A stretch of DNA of 64,000 bases from an uncultured Methanospirillum sp. (GCA_964624045.1 CAZUXC010000001.1:24662-88661), one strand, 5' to 3'; positions 20,325-30,527 are shown, counted from the first letter of the stretch. A program made the numbers and translations. The notes: generated by a model not told the origin, from the sequence alone.

Positions 20325-20792
20325 TCAGAAAGGATATCCTGATTTTTTTCCAGTCATTCCGGAGACGGTGATAACTATCACTGCCACGGATGCCAGATTT
20401 TTTTGAGAGAAGTCAGAAACCTGGTCCCGGGAATACTTTTCAGCAAGTCTGCAGAGAAGGTAGTTTTTTTCAATGGGGTCTTCTATAAACCCTGCAATGC
20501 CCTGACCTATCACTGAGCGATATCGCATACTGTACCCACAGGGGGTGCTGGCAGGAGCCATTTCGATACCGGTCTCAACTGCGAATGCAACGGCAGGATT
20601 TTTTTTCAGTATCCGAAGTTTCTCCCCGACGGATCCGGAATGGAGAGTAATCCTTCCATCATACCAGACATAATTCATCGGAACAAGATACGGAAGATTT
20701 CCATCAGATATTGCGATATGGCAGTACAAAGCCTGATGGAGAACCTGATCTATCCAGACCGGGTCGGTGATCTCCTTGTCTGAACGAATCAT
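20325..20792 (-). CDS. Pyridoxamine 5'-phosphate oxidase-like / NimA-family flavin-binding protein
   Basis: PYLVPMNY, LHSGSVGEKLRILKKNPAVAF, YRSVIGQG. Confidence 0.85.
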   Translation of the reverse strand: MIRSDKEITDPVWIDQVLHQALYCHIAISDGNLPYLVPMNYVWYDGRITLHSGSVGEKLRILKKNPAVAFAVETGIEMAPASTPCGYSMRYRSVIGQGIAGFIEDPIEKNYLLCRLAEKYSRDQVSDFSQKNLASVAVIVITVSGMTGKKSGYPF

Positions 20793-20800
20793 AAAAAAAA
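20793..20800 (-). terminator. Oligo-T terminator candidate after pycA
   Basis: A8 on + (T8 on -) in the 10-bp gap between the pycA stop and the next start. Confidence 0.4.
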
Positions 20801-20802
20801 GA

Positions 20803-22278
20803 TTATTCCCGGTTTTTCTCTATTACGGCGATCAAGCCGGCACTGATTGCTGCGATCTTTCGATCATTACGAAGAGGAGTTGCTAGTTGAGTCATCCGGG
20901 TCTCATCCTCCTGAATGTACCGTTTGAGCGTCTTTGAAATATGCTCCTCCTGAAGGAAGTGTGTGTGAGTATTCCCGGCGATAAATTCCTGATTATGCAT
21001 GATTGCATGATGCAGTGGCAAAGTAGTCTTGACACCAAGAATAACATACTCATAAATTGCCCTTCGCATCCGGGCAATGGCAAGATCCCGGTTCATTCCC
21101 CAGGCACAAAGTTTCGCAATCATCGAATCATAATGCGGAGGAATAGTATACCCTGCATGAATCCCGGAGTCAAGCCTGATACCCGGCCCGCCTGGAGACC
21201 GGTACCGGGTAATTTTTCCCGGGTCTGCTGCAAAATTATTCAAAGGGTCTTCGGCGTTAATACGGCATTCAATCGCATGGCCTCGGATGGAAATATCTTC
21301 CTGTGCGTACTCAAGAGGTTCGCCGGCTGCTACCACAATCTGCTGACGAACAAGGTCAATACCGGTGATCAGTTCGGTGATGGTGTGCTCAACCTGGAGC
21401 CGGGTATTCATCTCCATGAAATAGTAGTTCCCATTATCATACAGGAACTCAACAGTACCCGCATTGACATAGTCAACTGCTTCTGCAACCTTCAAAGCTG
21501 AATCGGTCATCTTCTCCCGAAGCTCAGGAGTCATAACCGGGCAGGGAGCCTCTTCAATCAGTTTCTGATGCCTGCGCTGAATCGAGCACTCACGCTCAAA
21601 CATATGGACCCGATCCTTGTGCTCATCACAAAAGACCTGCACTTCCACATGCCGGGGTTTTTGAAGATACTTCTCAATAAAGACAGTCCGATCTCCGAAT
21701 GCAGACTCTGCAATCCTCATCGCTCCAGCAATCGCTTCTTCAATGCCTGAGGGGTCATATACAATCTGCATCCCAATCCCTCCCCCTCCGGCACTGGCCT
21801 TGACAATCACCGGGTAGCCGATCTGATCTGCAATCTTAGCTGCAACCTCGAGATCATCGATCCCCCCATCTGTTCCTGGAAGAACAGGAACACCGGCTTC
21901 TTTCATCGTCTGCTTGGAACGGATCTTTGAGCCCATTGCAGCGATGGTCTTCTGTTTCGGACCGATGAAGGTGATCCCTTCTTCAGCGCAAAGACCAGAG
22001 AATGCGGCATTTTCTGCGAGAAATCCATATCCCGGATGAATCGCTTCCGCCCCCGAGGTTTTGGCAACCGAAATGATCCGCTCCATATTCAGATAGGACT
22101 TTGAGGGTGGAGCCGGGCCCACCGGGAACGCCTCATCTGCATAATGCACAAAAAGAGAGTTCTTATCAGCCTCTGAGTAGATAGCAACGGTGTCAATCCC
22201 CAGTTCCCTGCAGGCCCGCATTACCCGGATGGAGATCTCACCACGGTTTGCGATGAGTATTTTATCAAAATACTTCAT
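20803..22278 (-). CDS. pycA: Pyruvate carboxylase subunit A (biotin carboxylase)
   Basis: KILIANRGEI, HPGYGFLAEN, KASAGGGGIGM, ERECSIQRRHQK, EMNTRLQVEH, YDSMIAKL. Confidence 0.95.
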   Translation of the reverse strand: MKYFDKILIANRGEISIRVMRACRELGIDTVAIYSEADKNSLFVHYADEAFPVGPAPPSKSYLNMERIISVAKTSGAEAIHPGYGFLAENAAFSGLCAEEGITFIGPKQKTIAAMGSKIRSKQTMKEAGVPVLPGTDGGIDDLEVAAKIADQIGYPVIVKASAGGGGIGMQIVYDPSGIEEAIAGAMRIAESAFGDRTVFIEKYLQKPRHVEVQVFCDEHKDRVHMFERECSIQRRHQKLIEEAPCPVMTPELREKMTDSALKVAEAVDYVNAGTVEFLYDNGNYYFMEMNTRLQVEHTITELITGIDLVRQQIVVAAGEPLEYAQEDISIRGHAIECRINAEDPLNNFAADPGKITRYRSPGGPGIRLDSGIHAGYTIPPHYDSMIAKLCAWGMNRDLAIARMRRAIYEYVILGVKTTLPLHHAIMHNQEFIAGNTHTHFLQEEHISKTLKRYIQEDETRMTQLATPLRNDRKIAAISAGLIAVIEKNRE

Positions 22279-24011
22279 TCAATCACCATGAGCACATCGC
22301 CGCTCAGGACCGTGTCACCGGTGTCGACAAAGATATCAGAGACTGTTCCATCACGCGGACTCGTAATCGGATTCTCCATCTTCATCGCTTCAAGAACCAG
22401 CAGGACCTGACCTGCCTTTACCTCATCACCCCGACCGACCTTCATCTCAAGGATCATACCCTGCATGTTGCTCTTGACACCACCAGGCACCTCGGTTTTC
22501 GGAGGTCCTGACACTTTCGGACGGTCACTAACCGGAGTGTCTCCAACAGCGAGAATCCGGACTGTGAACGTCTCGCCGTCCACCTCTACCTGCATACTCT
22601 CCGGCATCTCAAACCCGGAGTTCTTCTTCTGGGATTTGGTTGGAATCTTTTCAGCCAGTCGTTCGCCCTTCAGAAATGATGGAGCAATAGCCGGATACAG
22701 GATGTAGGTGAGGACATCTTCCTCTTTCTTTATGAGCCCTGCATCAATGGCTTCTGTTTTCATCTTTTCATACATCGGTTCAAGGAGATCGGCAGGACGT
22801 TCGGTAATGACATCTTCATCGCCGATGATGAGTGTTCTGATGGCATCAGAAATGGTCCCTGGAGGACATCCGTACAGACCCTTGATGTAATCCCGGACCT
22901 CCTTGGTGACATTTTTATACCGCTCTCCACCGATAAGGACATTGAAGACCGCCTGGCTGCCGACAATCTGAGAGGTGGGAGTGACAAGAGGAGGATATCC
23001 CAGATCCCTTCGGACTTCAGGGATCTCTTTGATAACATCTTCCAGCCTTTCCTGCGCATCCTGCTCTTGAAGCTGGGAGATCAGATTGGTGATCATCCCT
23101 CCGGGAAGTTGATAGATCAGGACATCACTATCCACCCGTTCCGCTACTGGAGTGAAAAGTGCATCATATTTCTCCCGGATCTTCATACACTCATTTCGTG
23201 CATCCCGAAGAGTAAGAAGATCAATCCCGGTATCGCGAGGAGTCCCCTTCACTGCGGCAACGGTACTTTCCGTGGGGGGCTGACTCGTACCAAGTGCAAA
23301 CGGAGACATGGCCGTATCAAGGATATCAACACCTGCTTCTATTGCAGCCTGATACGACATGGATGCGATCCCACTGGTCGAATGACAGTGGAGATCAACC
23401 AGGACATCCATCTCATCCTTGATTCCCGTAATAAGTTCCCGTGCATCCTCCGGCATAATAAGGCCGGCCATGTCCTTGATGCATATGGAATCGCAGTCTA
23501 GGGAGTAAAGCTCACGGGCAAATTCGATGAAACCCTTGGTTGAGTGGACCGGGCTGGTTGTATATGAGATTGTGGCCTGCAGGTGGGCACCGGTCTGTTT
23601 TACCCGGGTTATGGAGCGCTCCATATTCCTGATATCGTTGAGCGCGTCGAAAACCCGGAAGATATCCACCCCGTTTTTATGAGAAAGATCGATGAAGTGA
23701 TCCACTACATCGTCAGAGTAATGCCGGTATCCAACCAGGTTCTGGCCGCGGAGCAGCATCTGGATCGGGGTATGCTTCAGCTCCTCCTTCAGAGTGACAA
23801 GGCGTTCCCAGGGGTCTTCATTCAGAAACCTGATGCAACTGTCGAATGTTGCACCTCCCCAGGCTTCAGCTGAGAAGAACCCTGCCTTGTCTATCGCCCG
23901 TGCAAGAGGGAGCATGTCCTCGGTCCTCATCCTGGTTGCGATGAGAGATTGATGTGCATCCCTAAGTGTAGTATCGGTGATCTGAAGCTTTGTATTCCGG
24001 GCTGAACTCAT
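22275..24011 (-). CDS. pycB: Pyruvate carboxylase subunit B (carboxyltransferase plus biotinyl domain)
   Basis: DTTLRDAHQSL, WGGATFD, CIKDMAG, HCH, PGGM, LVTPTSQIVG, biotinylation site EAMKM. Confidence 0.95.
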   Translation of the reverse strand: MSSARNTKLQITDTTLRDAHQSLIATRMRTEDMLPLARAIDKAGFFSAEAWGGATFDSCIRFLNEDPWERLVTLKEELKHTPIQMLLRGQNLVGYRHYSDDVVDHFIDLSHKNGVDIFRVFDALNDIRNMERSITRVKQTGAHLQATISYTTSPVHSTKGFIEFARELYSLDCDSICIKDMAGLIMPEDARELITGIKDEMDVLVDLHCHSTSGIASMSYQAAIEAGVDILDTAMSPFALGTSQPPTESTVAAVKGTPRDTGIDLLTLRDARNECMKIREKYDALFTPVAERVDSDVLIYQLPGGMITNLISQLQEQDAQERLEDVIKEIPEVRRDLGYPPLVTPTSQIVGSQAVFNVLIGGERYKNVTKEVRDYIKGLYGCPPGTISDAIRTLIIGDEDVITERPADLLEPMYEKMKTEAIDAGLIKKEEDVLTYILYPAIAPSFLKGERLAEKIPTKSQKKNSGFEMPESMQVEVDGETFTVRILAVGDTPVSDRPKVSGPPKTEVPGGVKSNMQGMILEMKVGRGDEVKAGQVLLVLEAMKMENPITSPRDGTVSDIFVDTGDTVLSGDVLMVIE

Positions 24012-24079
24012 TTTGCCACCTCTGTATCGCCAAATGACGATTCAAACAGTAAAGATTCGACCGGAGACCTTAAAAAGCC

Positions 24080-24706
24080 TCAGGCTAGAAAGGATACAGT
24101 AAAAACCAGTAAGCAGAGAATTCCTGCGGCAATATCAGAGTACAGGGTCAAAAATGACGGGCATAAGCTTCCTCCTCCCTGGTAACCTCGTATCGCCAGA
24201 ATACCTGCCCGCTCACGGGCGAGACGGAGTTGCCTGATGAGCAGACCGCTCATTATCGGGTGGAGATTTCGTGCTGAGAGTTTTTGACCTTTTTGAGAGA
24301 GCGCAATCCGGGTATGTCGAAGCTCATCAATCACTACTTCTGCATTAGAAAGACTCATCTCCCCAATTAGCCCAACATCAAATCCAGTTTTTCGCCCAAG
24401 CAACCAGACCGAAAAGTCAAGAAAATCTCCGGGATATCGTTCACTATAAGCCCAGGATGCTATCAGAAGAATTGAAGCAATCCGGATAAAGTAGGAGATG
24501 CCGTCTCCCCCTGAAAACATGGTTGCACATGCAGCAATTCCAGGAAGAATCAGTACCAGAAGGAAAACCCGTGGACTTCCAAAGGAAGTGGTTCTTCGGG
24601 TACAGACAAGCCACCAGAGTACCGTGAGCAGTGCACCAGTAATCGAGAAGAACGCAGCAACCGAGAGAAGAATCGTAACCCCAAGCCTTATTCGTGGATC
24701 CTGCAT
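24080..24706 (-). CDS. ECF transporter transmembrane (T)-like component
   Basis: Hydrophobic N-half, AIRGY motif near the C-terminus; downstream of two ABC ATPases and bioY; SD GGAGG before ATG 24706. Confidence 0.65.
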   Translation of the reverse strand: MQDPRIRLGVTILLSVAAFFSITGALLTVLWWLVCTRRTTSFGSPRVFLLVLILPGIAACATMFSGGDGISYFIRIASILLIASWAYSERYPGDFLDFSVWLLGRKTGFDVGLIGEMSLSNAEVVIDELRHTRIALSQKGQKLSARNLHPIMSGLLIRQLRLARERAGILAIRGYQGGGSLCPSFLTLYSDIAAGILCLLVFTVSFLA

Positions 24707-25386
24707 ACTGCCTCCACCAGATCCTGCCATGCAAGCCCTGCAAGGGGAACATGATTACGACACAGATAATGGATCAGAGGAGGGGCATGTTTCCATGATG
24801 GAAGAGATTCTGGGATCAAACCAATACGTACCAGATTCCCCCCATCCATCTCCCAGAGATGAGTAATTCCTGGCAGGGTGGTAATATCATGACTAATGAT
24901 AATAATAATCCCATTAGAAATCGTTTCAAGTTGTGATGCGATCCAGTATCGTGCCTCATCATCAAGACCTGCAAAGGGTTCATCAAAAATCATCAGATCA
25001 TATCGCCCGGTGAGGAGGCATGCAAGATGAAGACGTTTCATTTCACCCCGGGATAAGGTAAGCAGATCGTCAGTTCCTCTCCCCATAAGACCTGCAATAG
25101 GAAGGATGTCAGCCGGATCCGCTCCCCAACTTTGGATTTCTTCTCTCACTGTGGAGGTTGTAACATGATATTCAGGAAACTGCATCGACAGAACAGAAGA
25201 ACCAATGCCTTCGAAAAAAATCCGCCCGGATACAGGTTGCAATACACGGGCCAGAATCTCCCCCATTGTTGATTTTCCCGATCCTATCCGTCCGGTAAGG
25301 AGATGTATTCCCGGGCCAAAGATGCCTGATGCCCGGAGGGTAAACTCTCCCCTCCGGACCACAATCCGGTCAAGAGTGATCTGCAT
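24688..25386 (-). CDS. ECF-type ABC ATP-binding protein
   Basis: GRIGSGKST, QFPEY (Q-loop), LSRGE signature variant, FDEP, SHD. Confidence 0.85.
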   Translation of the reverse strand: MQITLDRIVVRRGEFTLRASGIFGPGIHLLTGRIGSGKSTMGEILARVLQPVSGRIFFEGIGSSVLSMQFPEYHVTTSTVREEIQSWGADPADILPIAGLMGRGTDDLLTLSRGEMKRLHLACLLTGRYDLMIFDEPFAGLDDEARYWIASQLETISNGIIIIISHDITTLPGITHLWEMDGGNLVRIGLIPESLPSWKHAPPLIHYLCRNHVPLAGLAWQDLVEAVCRIHE

Positions 25387-26080
25387 ACACCGCCCGCCAT
25401 AATGCAGGATCCCGAAGTAACCGTATTGAAGGCGTCACCTCATTATCTGAAGGATATTGATGGTACACTTCATTAGGAGTTCCTTCCCTGATTACAGACC
25501 CTTCTTTCATCACCAGAACATGGTCTGCACCAGCTACGCGATCAGGCCGGTGAGTCGCAAAAAGAACCAGAGGAACCCCGGATCCGCGGATCAGATTATC
25601 CACCTGGCAAAGGGTTGTTGCATCAAGATGAGAATCAGTCTCATCAAGAATCAGGAGTTCAGGCCTGCTGATGAGGGCTGCTGCGATGGAAACCATCACC
25701 TTCTCCCCACCTGAAAGACTGCGAACAGGGCGTTCAAGGAGGTTTTCCATACCAAAGGAACAGGCCATGGTCATTACAGATGAGGTAATGAGGTCACAGG
25801 GCAGATGGGCGAACCGGAGAGGGGAGGATATCTCATCAATTACCCGGGTGAAGGTCATATTCAGATCTGGAAATTCTCCAATCCATCCGATCATACTCGC
25901 GCCAGGTTCTTTTCCATTGATACGAACGCTCCCCTGCCGGGGGATGACAAGTCCGGCTACCATCTCAAGGAGGGTAGTCTTTCCGGATCCGTTTGGGCCA
26001 GTAACCGCTACAAGACCTGGCCTGATAGTTAGATCTGGGAGTGAAAGGCAACCACAGGAGACTGAGCGGATCTCAATCAT
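25370..26080 (-). CDS. ECF-type ABC ATP-binding protein
   Basis: GPNGSGKTT, LSGGEK, LILDE, THR. Confidence 0.88.
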   Translation of the reverse strand: MIEIRSVSCGCLSLPDLTIRPGLVAVTGPNGSGKTTLLEMVAGLVIPRQGSVRINGKEPGASMIGWIGEFPDLNMTFTRVIDEISSPLRFAHLPCDLITSSVMTMACSFGMENLLERPVRSLSGGEKVMVSIAAALISRPELLILDETDSHLDATTLCQVDNLIRGSGVPLVLFATHRPDRVAGADHVLVMKEGSVIREGTPNEVYHQYPSDNEVTPSIRLLRDPALWRAVYADHS

Positions 26081-26625
26081 CGCACTGCCGGCCAGTCCGG
26101 ATATTTTTCAAGACGTGCAGCAATCAGATACACCGCAATCCCTTTCACTCCATCACCGGGGAGAAATGGAAGCATTCCGGAGATGATCGCTGCAGACACT
26201 GACATTCCCGTTGAGAGCATCAACCAGCTAATACCAAAAAGGTAAATGAGCAGTGTTGCCAGAGTAAGACCAAGAACACGGGCAAGGTGGCTGGAGCGTT
26301 CATACGCTAATCCGGCAACCAGAACCGCGGGAATAAAACCGAGAAGATACCCTCCGGTAGGACCAAGAAGTACCCCAAGTCCGGCCATCCCATTGTGAAA
26401 AACCGGCAAACCAAGTAATCCCAGAACCAGGTAGAGAACAATCGGGATGATGGAGTGTCGTTTCATGACCGCTGCTGCCAGAAGGACGGCAAGTGTCTGC
26501 AGGGTGACTGGGACAGGAAAGAGGGGTATGGGGATAGGGATAGAAATCCACGAGAATACTGCGATAAGGGCAATAAATAGAGAACTATGGGTAATGATTA
26601 TTGAGCGGGTCAGGTTTCCAAACAT
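26077..26625 (-). CDS. bioY: Biotin transporter S component BioY
   Basis: PVPVTLQT, LYLVLGLLGLPVF, GPTGGYLLGF, PFLPGD. Confidence 0.95.
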   Translation of the reverse strand: MFGNLTRSIIITHSSLFIALIAVFSWISIPIPIPLFPVPVTLQTLAVLLAAAVMKRHSIIPIVLYLVLGLLGLPVFHNGMAGLGVLLGPTGGYLLGFIPAVLVAGLAYERSSHLARVLGLTLATLLIYLFGISWLMLSTGMSVSAAIISGMLPFLPGDGVKGIAVYLIAARLEKYPDWPAVR

Positions 26626-26627
26626 TC

Positions 26628-27608
26628 TCAAATATGTACGCAGTCACCTGCAATGACCTTCTCGATCTTCCCATTATCTTTTCTGACCACCAGAGCACCA
26701 GTAGGATCAATATCCACTGCTTCGCCTTCAAAACTATTACGTAGTGTGTTAATCCGGACCCTCCTGCCGATGGTAGAGGAGAAATTTTTCCATTCTCTTA
26801 TGACAGCGTCATACTCTCCCTGGGCAATCATATCATATCGTGCCTCAAATTCTTTGAGAATGGCTGCAAGAAGAGCGGCTCGATCAACATCATGATTCAC
26901 CTCATGACTGATCGAGGTTATCATATGCCGAATGGATTCATTCAGATTCTCAACACTGATGTTGGCATCTATACCCATACCAACAAGACAGTACTTTACC
27001 TGATCCCCTTGGGCACCAAGTTCCAGAAGAATCCCTGCAACCTTTTTATCTCCAATAATAATGTCATTTGGCCATTTGATGAGCGCACCAATATCAAACA
27101 TTTTACGCAGAACGCGGGCTACTGAAACAGAACCTGCCAGGGTGAGCATAAAGAGATGATCAATGGGAACTTTTGGCTGCATCACAATGGTTACCCAGAT
27201 ACCCCCACTTGGAGAGACCCAGGCCCTTCCCATCCTTCCAACTCCCCCCGTCTGTTCTTCAGCGATAATAACCAGCCCATGAAGATCATCCAGACCCCCC
27301 TGATCTGCCAGATCTTTTCCATACCAGATCGTTGAAGGGATACTCTCAAAGAACCGCATCCTTCTTCCAATAACCTTGGTCTTGAGATGCCGGTAGATCG
27401 CATGCGGCCTGAAGTCCATAAGGGTCTTGGCGAGCAGATACCCCTCTTCATCAGTGGCAGTTATATCGTATCCAATAAGCCTGAGTTCGTTGATATGTTT
27501 CCAGACCGCGGACCCGGATATCGAAAGTGCACTGCTGATCTCTGCGCTGGTTACCGGTTTTTCACTGTTTTCAAGAATTTCGAGAACTTTAAAGGCAGTA
27601 GAGTACAT
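26628..27608 (-). CDS. birA: Biotin protein ligase with N-terminal HTH (bifunctional BirA type)
   Basis: HTH (SAEISSALSISGSAVWKHINELRLIGY), EEQTGGVGRMGRAW.SP, IKWPNDI, KKVAGIL, C-terminal SH3-like domain ending AGD. Start ATG 27608 with GGTGA SD. Confidence 0.93.
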   Translation of the reverse strand: MYSTAFKVLEILENSEKPVTSAEISSALSISGSAVWKHINELRLIGYDITATDEEGYLLAKTLMDFRPHAIYRHLKTKVIGRRMRFFESIPSTIWYGKDLADQGGLDDLHGLVIIAEEQTGGVGRMGRAWVSPSGGIWVTIVMQPKVPIDHLFMLTLAGSVSVARVLRKMFDIGALIKWPNDIIIGDKKVAGILLELGAQGDQVKYCLVGMGIDANISVENLNESIRHMITSISHEVNHDVDRAALLAAILKEFEARYDMIAQGEYDAVIREWKNFSSTIGRRVRINTLRNSFEGEAVDIDPTGALVVRKDNGKIEKVIAGDCVHI

Positions 27609-27612
27609 AGAT

Positions 27613-28035
27613 TCACCGTTTCGAATTGATCTGCTCCGACGGGAGCGGACAGGGATCCTTCCCACAGACCTGTTTCAGGATCATGCTTTGATGTTCCATG
27701 AGGGTTGCAAGGTCAAATATCCCGGTAATATCAACAAGACCGATAGCAGCGATGGCACTCCCTGATGCATCAAGAACCGGACCGACAACAACTGGAACCC
27801 CCTTATATGGCCCGGAGCGAGGAGTATCTTTCACCGTTCGGTTTACAGATAACACCTCATCGAGAACCGGGCCATAGTAATTACGATCAACAACATTCCC
27901 TTCTTCTATCCTGATGCCAGGTGCATTCCTGGCTCTTGCAGTAATCGGGAGTCTGCCGACAATCTCATGAATTGCCATGCAGACCGGAATGAGATCGTCT
28001 GCTGATGAGTCAGCTGATATCGTATAGTGCTCCAT
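27613..28035 (-). CDS. DUF2111-family protein (methanogen-associated)
   Basis: IHEIVGRLPITAR....GIRIEEG.VVD.NY.GPVL, GPYKGVPVVV, AAIGLVD. Confidence 0.75.
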   Translation of the reverse strand: MEHYTISADSSADDLIPVCMAIHEIVGRLPITARARNAPGIRIEEGNVVDRNYYGPVLDEVLSVNRTVKDTPRSGPYKGVPVVVGPVLDASGSAIAAIGLVDITGIFDLATLMEHQSMILKQVCGKDPCPLPSEQINSKR

Positions 28036-28065
28036 CGGTATCCCTCATATTTCCCTCGCATTCAG

Positions 28066-28671
28066 CTACAATAAGGTTTCGCTATCACTATCACAAATTC
28101 GAGTGAGAAATCCCCGTGAGGGATACTCATGGAGACTTGTCAGGATAATCCGACCTGAACCAACCATGTACTCAAGAAGAACCGGAAAGTCATGCATCTT
28201 CATATGGACAAGGGGGATCACTGGGGATTCAGCATTCCCATGAGCGAAACCCCCCATCTCAAATGTTCCATCAATCGAGACCGTATCCGGGCATTCTTCA
28301 ATAATACAACAGAGAGGGTTATCTTTCTCCCAGGAAGGAACACCCTCGGTAAACCCGAACCGATAACGGATCTGCACAGGCAGCCAGTCATAGGCATCAG
28401 GACGATCTATACCTGCACCAAATGCAATTACCACTCCCCCATTCGTAACAAATTTCCTGATACGCCCTTCACAGGCCCGGAGTGCCGGAAGGACAGAAGA
28501 GTAAGAAGGGTTGGCAAATCCTCCCGGTATAATGATAGTAGAATACGATCTTCGAAAAAAGGGGGCTGCCAGGAGTTGTGGGGAGACAAGTTCAGGGATC
28601 TGTCCACAGTCTTCAACCAGGCGGGTAAACATGAGCGGACAGTCCCAGATAATTCCGACGCGTCCCCCCAT
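28066..28671 (-). CDS. Class I glutamine-amidotransferase-like fold protein lacking the nucleophile Cys
   Basis: IIIPGGF...Y, IRKFVTNGGVVIAFGAG (CAG elbow replaced by GAG), GSGRIILTSLHE. Confidence 0.55.
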   Translation of the reverse strand: MGGRVGIIWDCPLMFTRLVEDCGQIPELVSPQLLAAPFFRRSYSTIIIPGGFANPSYSSVLPALRACEGRIRKFVTNGGVVIAFGAGIDRPDAYDWLPVQIRYRFGFTEGVPSWEKDNPLCCIIEECPDTVSIDGTFEMGGFAHGNAESPVIPLVHMKMHDFPVLLEYMVGSGRIILTSLHEYPSRGFLTRICDSDSETLL

Positions 28672-28676
28672 GATCG

Positions 28677-30122
28677 TTATCCTTTAATGACTCCGAGAGG
28701 ATCGAACCGGACAACAAGCCGGGATATCCCAAGACGATCCACCACAGAGACCACTTCACTACTGGACTTGTATGCACCCGGCGCCTCTTCCGCAATGGCA
28801 CCGTCATGGGGGGCTTTGATCATGATACCTTCTCGTCCGAGATCCTCCCTGACCTTTTGACCCTTAATCGTCTTCTTTGCCTGAGAACGAGAAAGGATCC
28901 GACCGGCACCATGACAAGTGGAGCCAAAGGTTCTGGACATTGCCTCGGTTGTTCCTTTCAGAAGATATGATGATGACCCCATACTTCCCGGGATGATAAC
29001 CGGTTGTCCAACCCGGGAATAATCTGGAGGTACATCCGGACAACCGGGTCCAAAAGCACGAGTTGCTCCTTTCCTATGAACACACACTTTTGTCGGCTTT
29101 CCTAAAACATCATGTACCTCAATCTTGGCTACGTTATGAGCAACATCATAGACGAGCCGTACATCATCATACCCAATCCCGCAGCATTTTGTAAGAACAT
29201 TGCGGATCTGATGAGTAATCACCTGCCGGTTGGCCCATGCATAGTTTGCTGCAGCGGCCATTGCACCAAAGTACGCTTTTCCCTCCGGGGAAGTGAGTGG
29301 AGCGCAAGCCAGCTGACGGTCAGGAAGAGAGATATGATATTTGTCAACTGCTCGTTCAAGTGTCTGGAGATGGTCGGTGCAGACCTGGTGACCAAGACCC
29401 CGGGAACCACAGTGAACCATGATACAGATCTGTCCCTCCTCAACACCATAAACCTCTGCTGCATCAGGATCCAGAATCTCTGAAGCCACCTGAATCTCAA
29501 GAAAGTGGTTTCCAGCTCCTAGGGTTCCACTCTGAGGGACTCCCCGTGATCGGGCCTTTTGGGATACATGTGTTGGATCCGCACCCTTCATACTCCCTCC
29601 CTCTTCACAATGAGCGACATCATCCCGATTTCCAAACCCTTCCTCAACTGCCCAGGACGAACCATCGGTCATCATTGCATCAAGTTGTTTTGGAGAGAGG
29701 CGAAGAGAGGAGCGAGCACCTACCCCGACAGGAACGGCATCGTAGAGTTCGTCCAGAATTTCCTTCTTTTTTGTAATATCCTTTACCGTGAGAGGAGTTG
29801 TCAGCAGCCGCACACCGCAATTGATATCAAATCCAACGCCTCCGGGAGAGATCACACCGGTTTCATAATCAAAGGCCGCAACCCCTCCGATGGGAAACCC
29901 ATACCCCCAGTGAATGTCAGGCATCGCCAGAGAATGACCGATAATTCCCGGCATTGTTGCGACATTGGCTAACTGAGTTACTGCACCATCCTCAAGAGAG
30001 TCGGTAAGAGCGTCAGAGAGAAAGAATCTCCCGGAAACATGCATCCCTTCTACAAACCCGATGGGAACCTCCCACTCAAGGTCACCTATCCGTTTCATAC
30101 CATCAATCATAGGAGGACTCAC
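28677..30122 (-). CDS. rtcB: RtcB tRNA-splicing / RNA ligase
   Basis: PDIHWGYGFPIGG, DINCG, GNHFLE, HCGSRG, HNVAK, HRKGAT, HGAGR. Confidence 0.97.
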   Translation of the reverse strand: MSPPMIDGMKRIGDLEWEVPIGFVEGMHVSGRFFLSDALTDSLEDGAVTQLANVATMPGIIGHSLAMPDIHWGYGFPIGGVAAFDYETGVISPGGVGFDINCGVRLLTTPLTVKDITKKKEILDELYDAVPVGVGARSSLRLSPKQLDAMMTDGSSWAVEEGFGNRDDVAHCEEGGSMKGADPTHVSQKARSRGVPQSGTLGAGNHFLEIQVASEILDPDAAEVYGVEEGQICIMVHCGSRGLGHQVCTDHLQTLERAVDKYHISLPDRQLACAPLTSPEGKAYFGAMAAAANYAWANRQVITHQIRNVLTKCCGIGYDDVRLVYDVAHNVAKIEVHDVLGKPTKVCVHRKGATRAFGPGCPDVPPDYSRVGQPVIIPGSMGSSSYLLKGTTEAMSRTFGSTCHGAGRILSRSQAKKTIKGQKVREDLGREGIMIKAPHDGAIAEEAPGAYKSSSEVVSVVDRLGISRLVVRFDPLGVIKG

Positions 30123-30526
30123 ACATCGAATAGTATATCAAGTACATAGTCATGGTTCTGCCTACTGACCTCAAGTCCAAAGAATGAAATCCCTTTTACT
30201 TCCGTGCCTCCACCGTGAATCTGCCGATCAAACGGTTGTCCGGATAGATCTGCAGTCAGACATCCTTCTCCAAAGGTAACCGAGATATCAGAGAAGACCA
30301 TATTTTCAATTTCGGTAAGGCAGAGGAGTTCAGATAAAAACGCCTGGAGGAGTTGTTCAGTGTCAGAGCCAGTAACCGTAAAAGAATAGGTATTTTCAGG
30401 CCGGGCATCACCCCGATACATGGTTGTCATCAAGGCCCTCCCACACTCAGAAAAAAGTGTCGGGAGATCACATGCCCACACATGCATCAAAATGTCAGCG
30501 GTGTGCTCACGTTCTTCAAAAGGCAT
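30119..30526 (-). CDS. Archease (RtcB activator)
   Basis: EHTADI, LQAFLSELL, EVKGISF, ILFDV; coupled to rtcB by a 4-nt overlap. Confidence 0.92.
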   Translation of the reverse strand: MPFEEREHTADILMHVWACDLPTLFSECGRALMTTMYRGDARPENTYSFTVTGSDTEQLLQAFLSELLCLTEIENMVFSDISVTFGEGCLTADLSGQPFDRQIHGGGTEVKGISFFGLEVSRQNHDYVLDILFDV

Positions 30527-30527
30527 A

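Noticed and set aside
27170-27260. Promiscuous (BioID-like) BirA due to an altered GRGR loop
   Set aside because: The loop reads GVGR; the residue equivalent to E. coli R118 is intact and only R116 differs.
19420-29972. Long opposite-strand or alternate-frame ORFs (for example 19420-20022, 20941-21501, 25671-26186, 28192-28860, 29559-29972)
   Set aside because: They lie entirely antisense to well-supported conserved genes and show no recognisable motifs; treated as shadow ORFs.
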